Notes under the pieces: generated by a model | Told to the model about the DNA's origin: nothing | Databases searched by the model: none | Seen by the model: the letters and a program-made list of their open reading frames with translations, nothing else | In this document: one piece after another, positions 63,977 through 64,000 of the stretch | Layout of the letters: each line of letters starts with the position of its first letter | How positions within the stretch are numbered: position 1 is the first letter of the stretch | Assembly: GCA_030704615.1 (NCBI GenBank) | Contig: CM060732.1 | Location: forward strand, 77,376,001-77,440,000 | Reading direction: 5' to 3' | DNA length: 64,000 bases | Origin: Takakia lepidozioides | Lineage: Eukaryota > Plantae > Bryophyta | Translations under genes and position numbers: made by a program

Positions 63977-64000
63977 CCTTTCTGTTCTCAGAGTGCCGTG

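Overview
Repeat-rich eukaryotic nuclear DNA from a land plant. Intron structure, the USE+TATA Pol III promoters and the transposon types suggest a bryophyte or other seed-free lineage (inference). Apparently intact host genes: an intronless FCP1/NIF-homology gene (11193-12242, -), a 3-exon LEA_4-type gene (56217-57028, +) and the first four exons of PIR/SRA1/CYFIP (61243-63664, +, running off the window). An inverted duplication at ~1-12.5 kb pairs the FCP1-like gene with a variant U6 snRNA gene; the left gene copy is destroyed by a young chromodomain Ty3/gypsy element (1676-7848, TSD TTACG). The rest is nested mobile DNA: a near full-length APE-RT LINE, three hAT remnants, a truncated gypsy whose integrase ends in a PHD finger, a degenerate RING-H2 gene with palindromic repeat arrays, a foldback element, tRNA-derived SINE-like sequences, and decayed fragments (ASR, F-box, CAD, RPS3a). 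Most notable: (1) an intron-containing, frameshifted gene resembling the AdoMet-binding half of bacterial-type N4/N6 DNA methyltransferases (51955-52857); (2) U6 variants with an extra stem-loop between the ISL and the U2 helix II strand; (3) the PHD-finger integrase; (4) the RING + SIM-like gene next to a hAT transposase. All homology calls are from motif recognition by eye; no database search was run.
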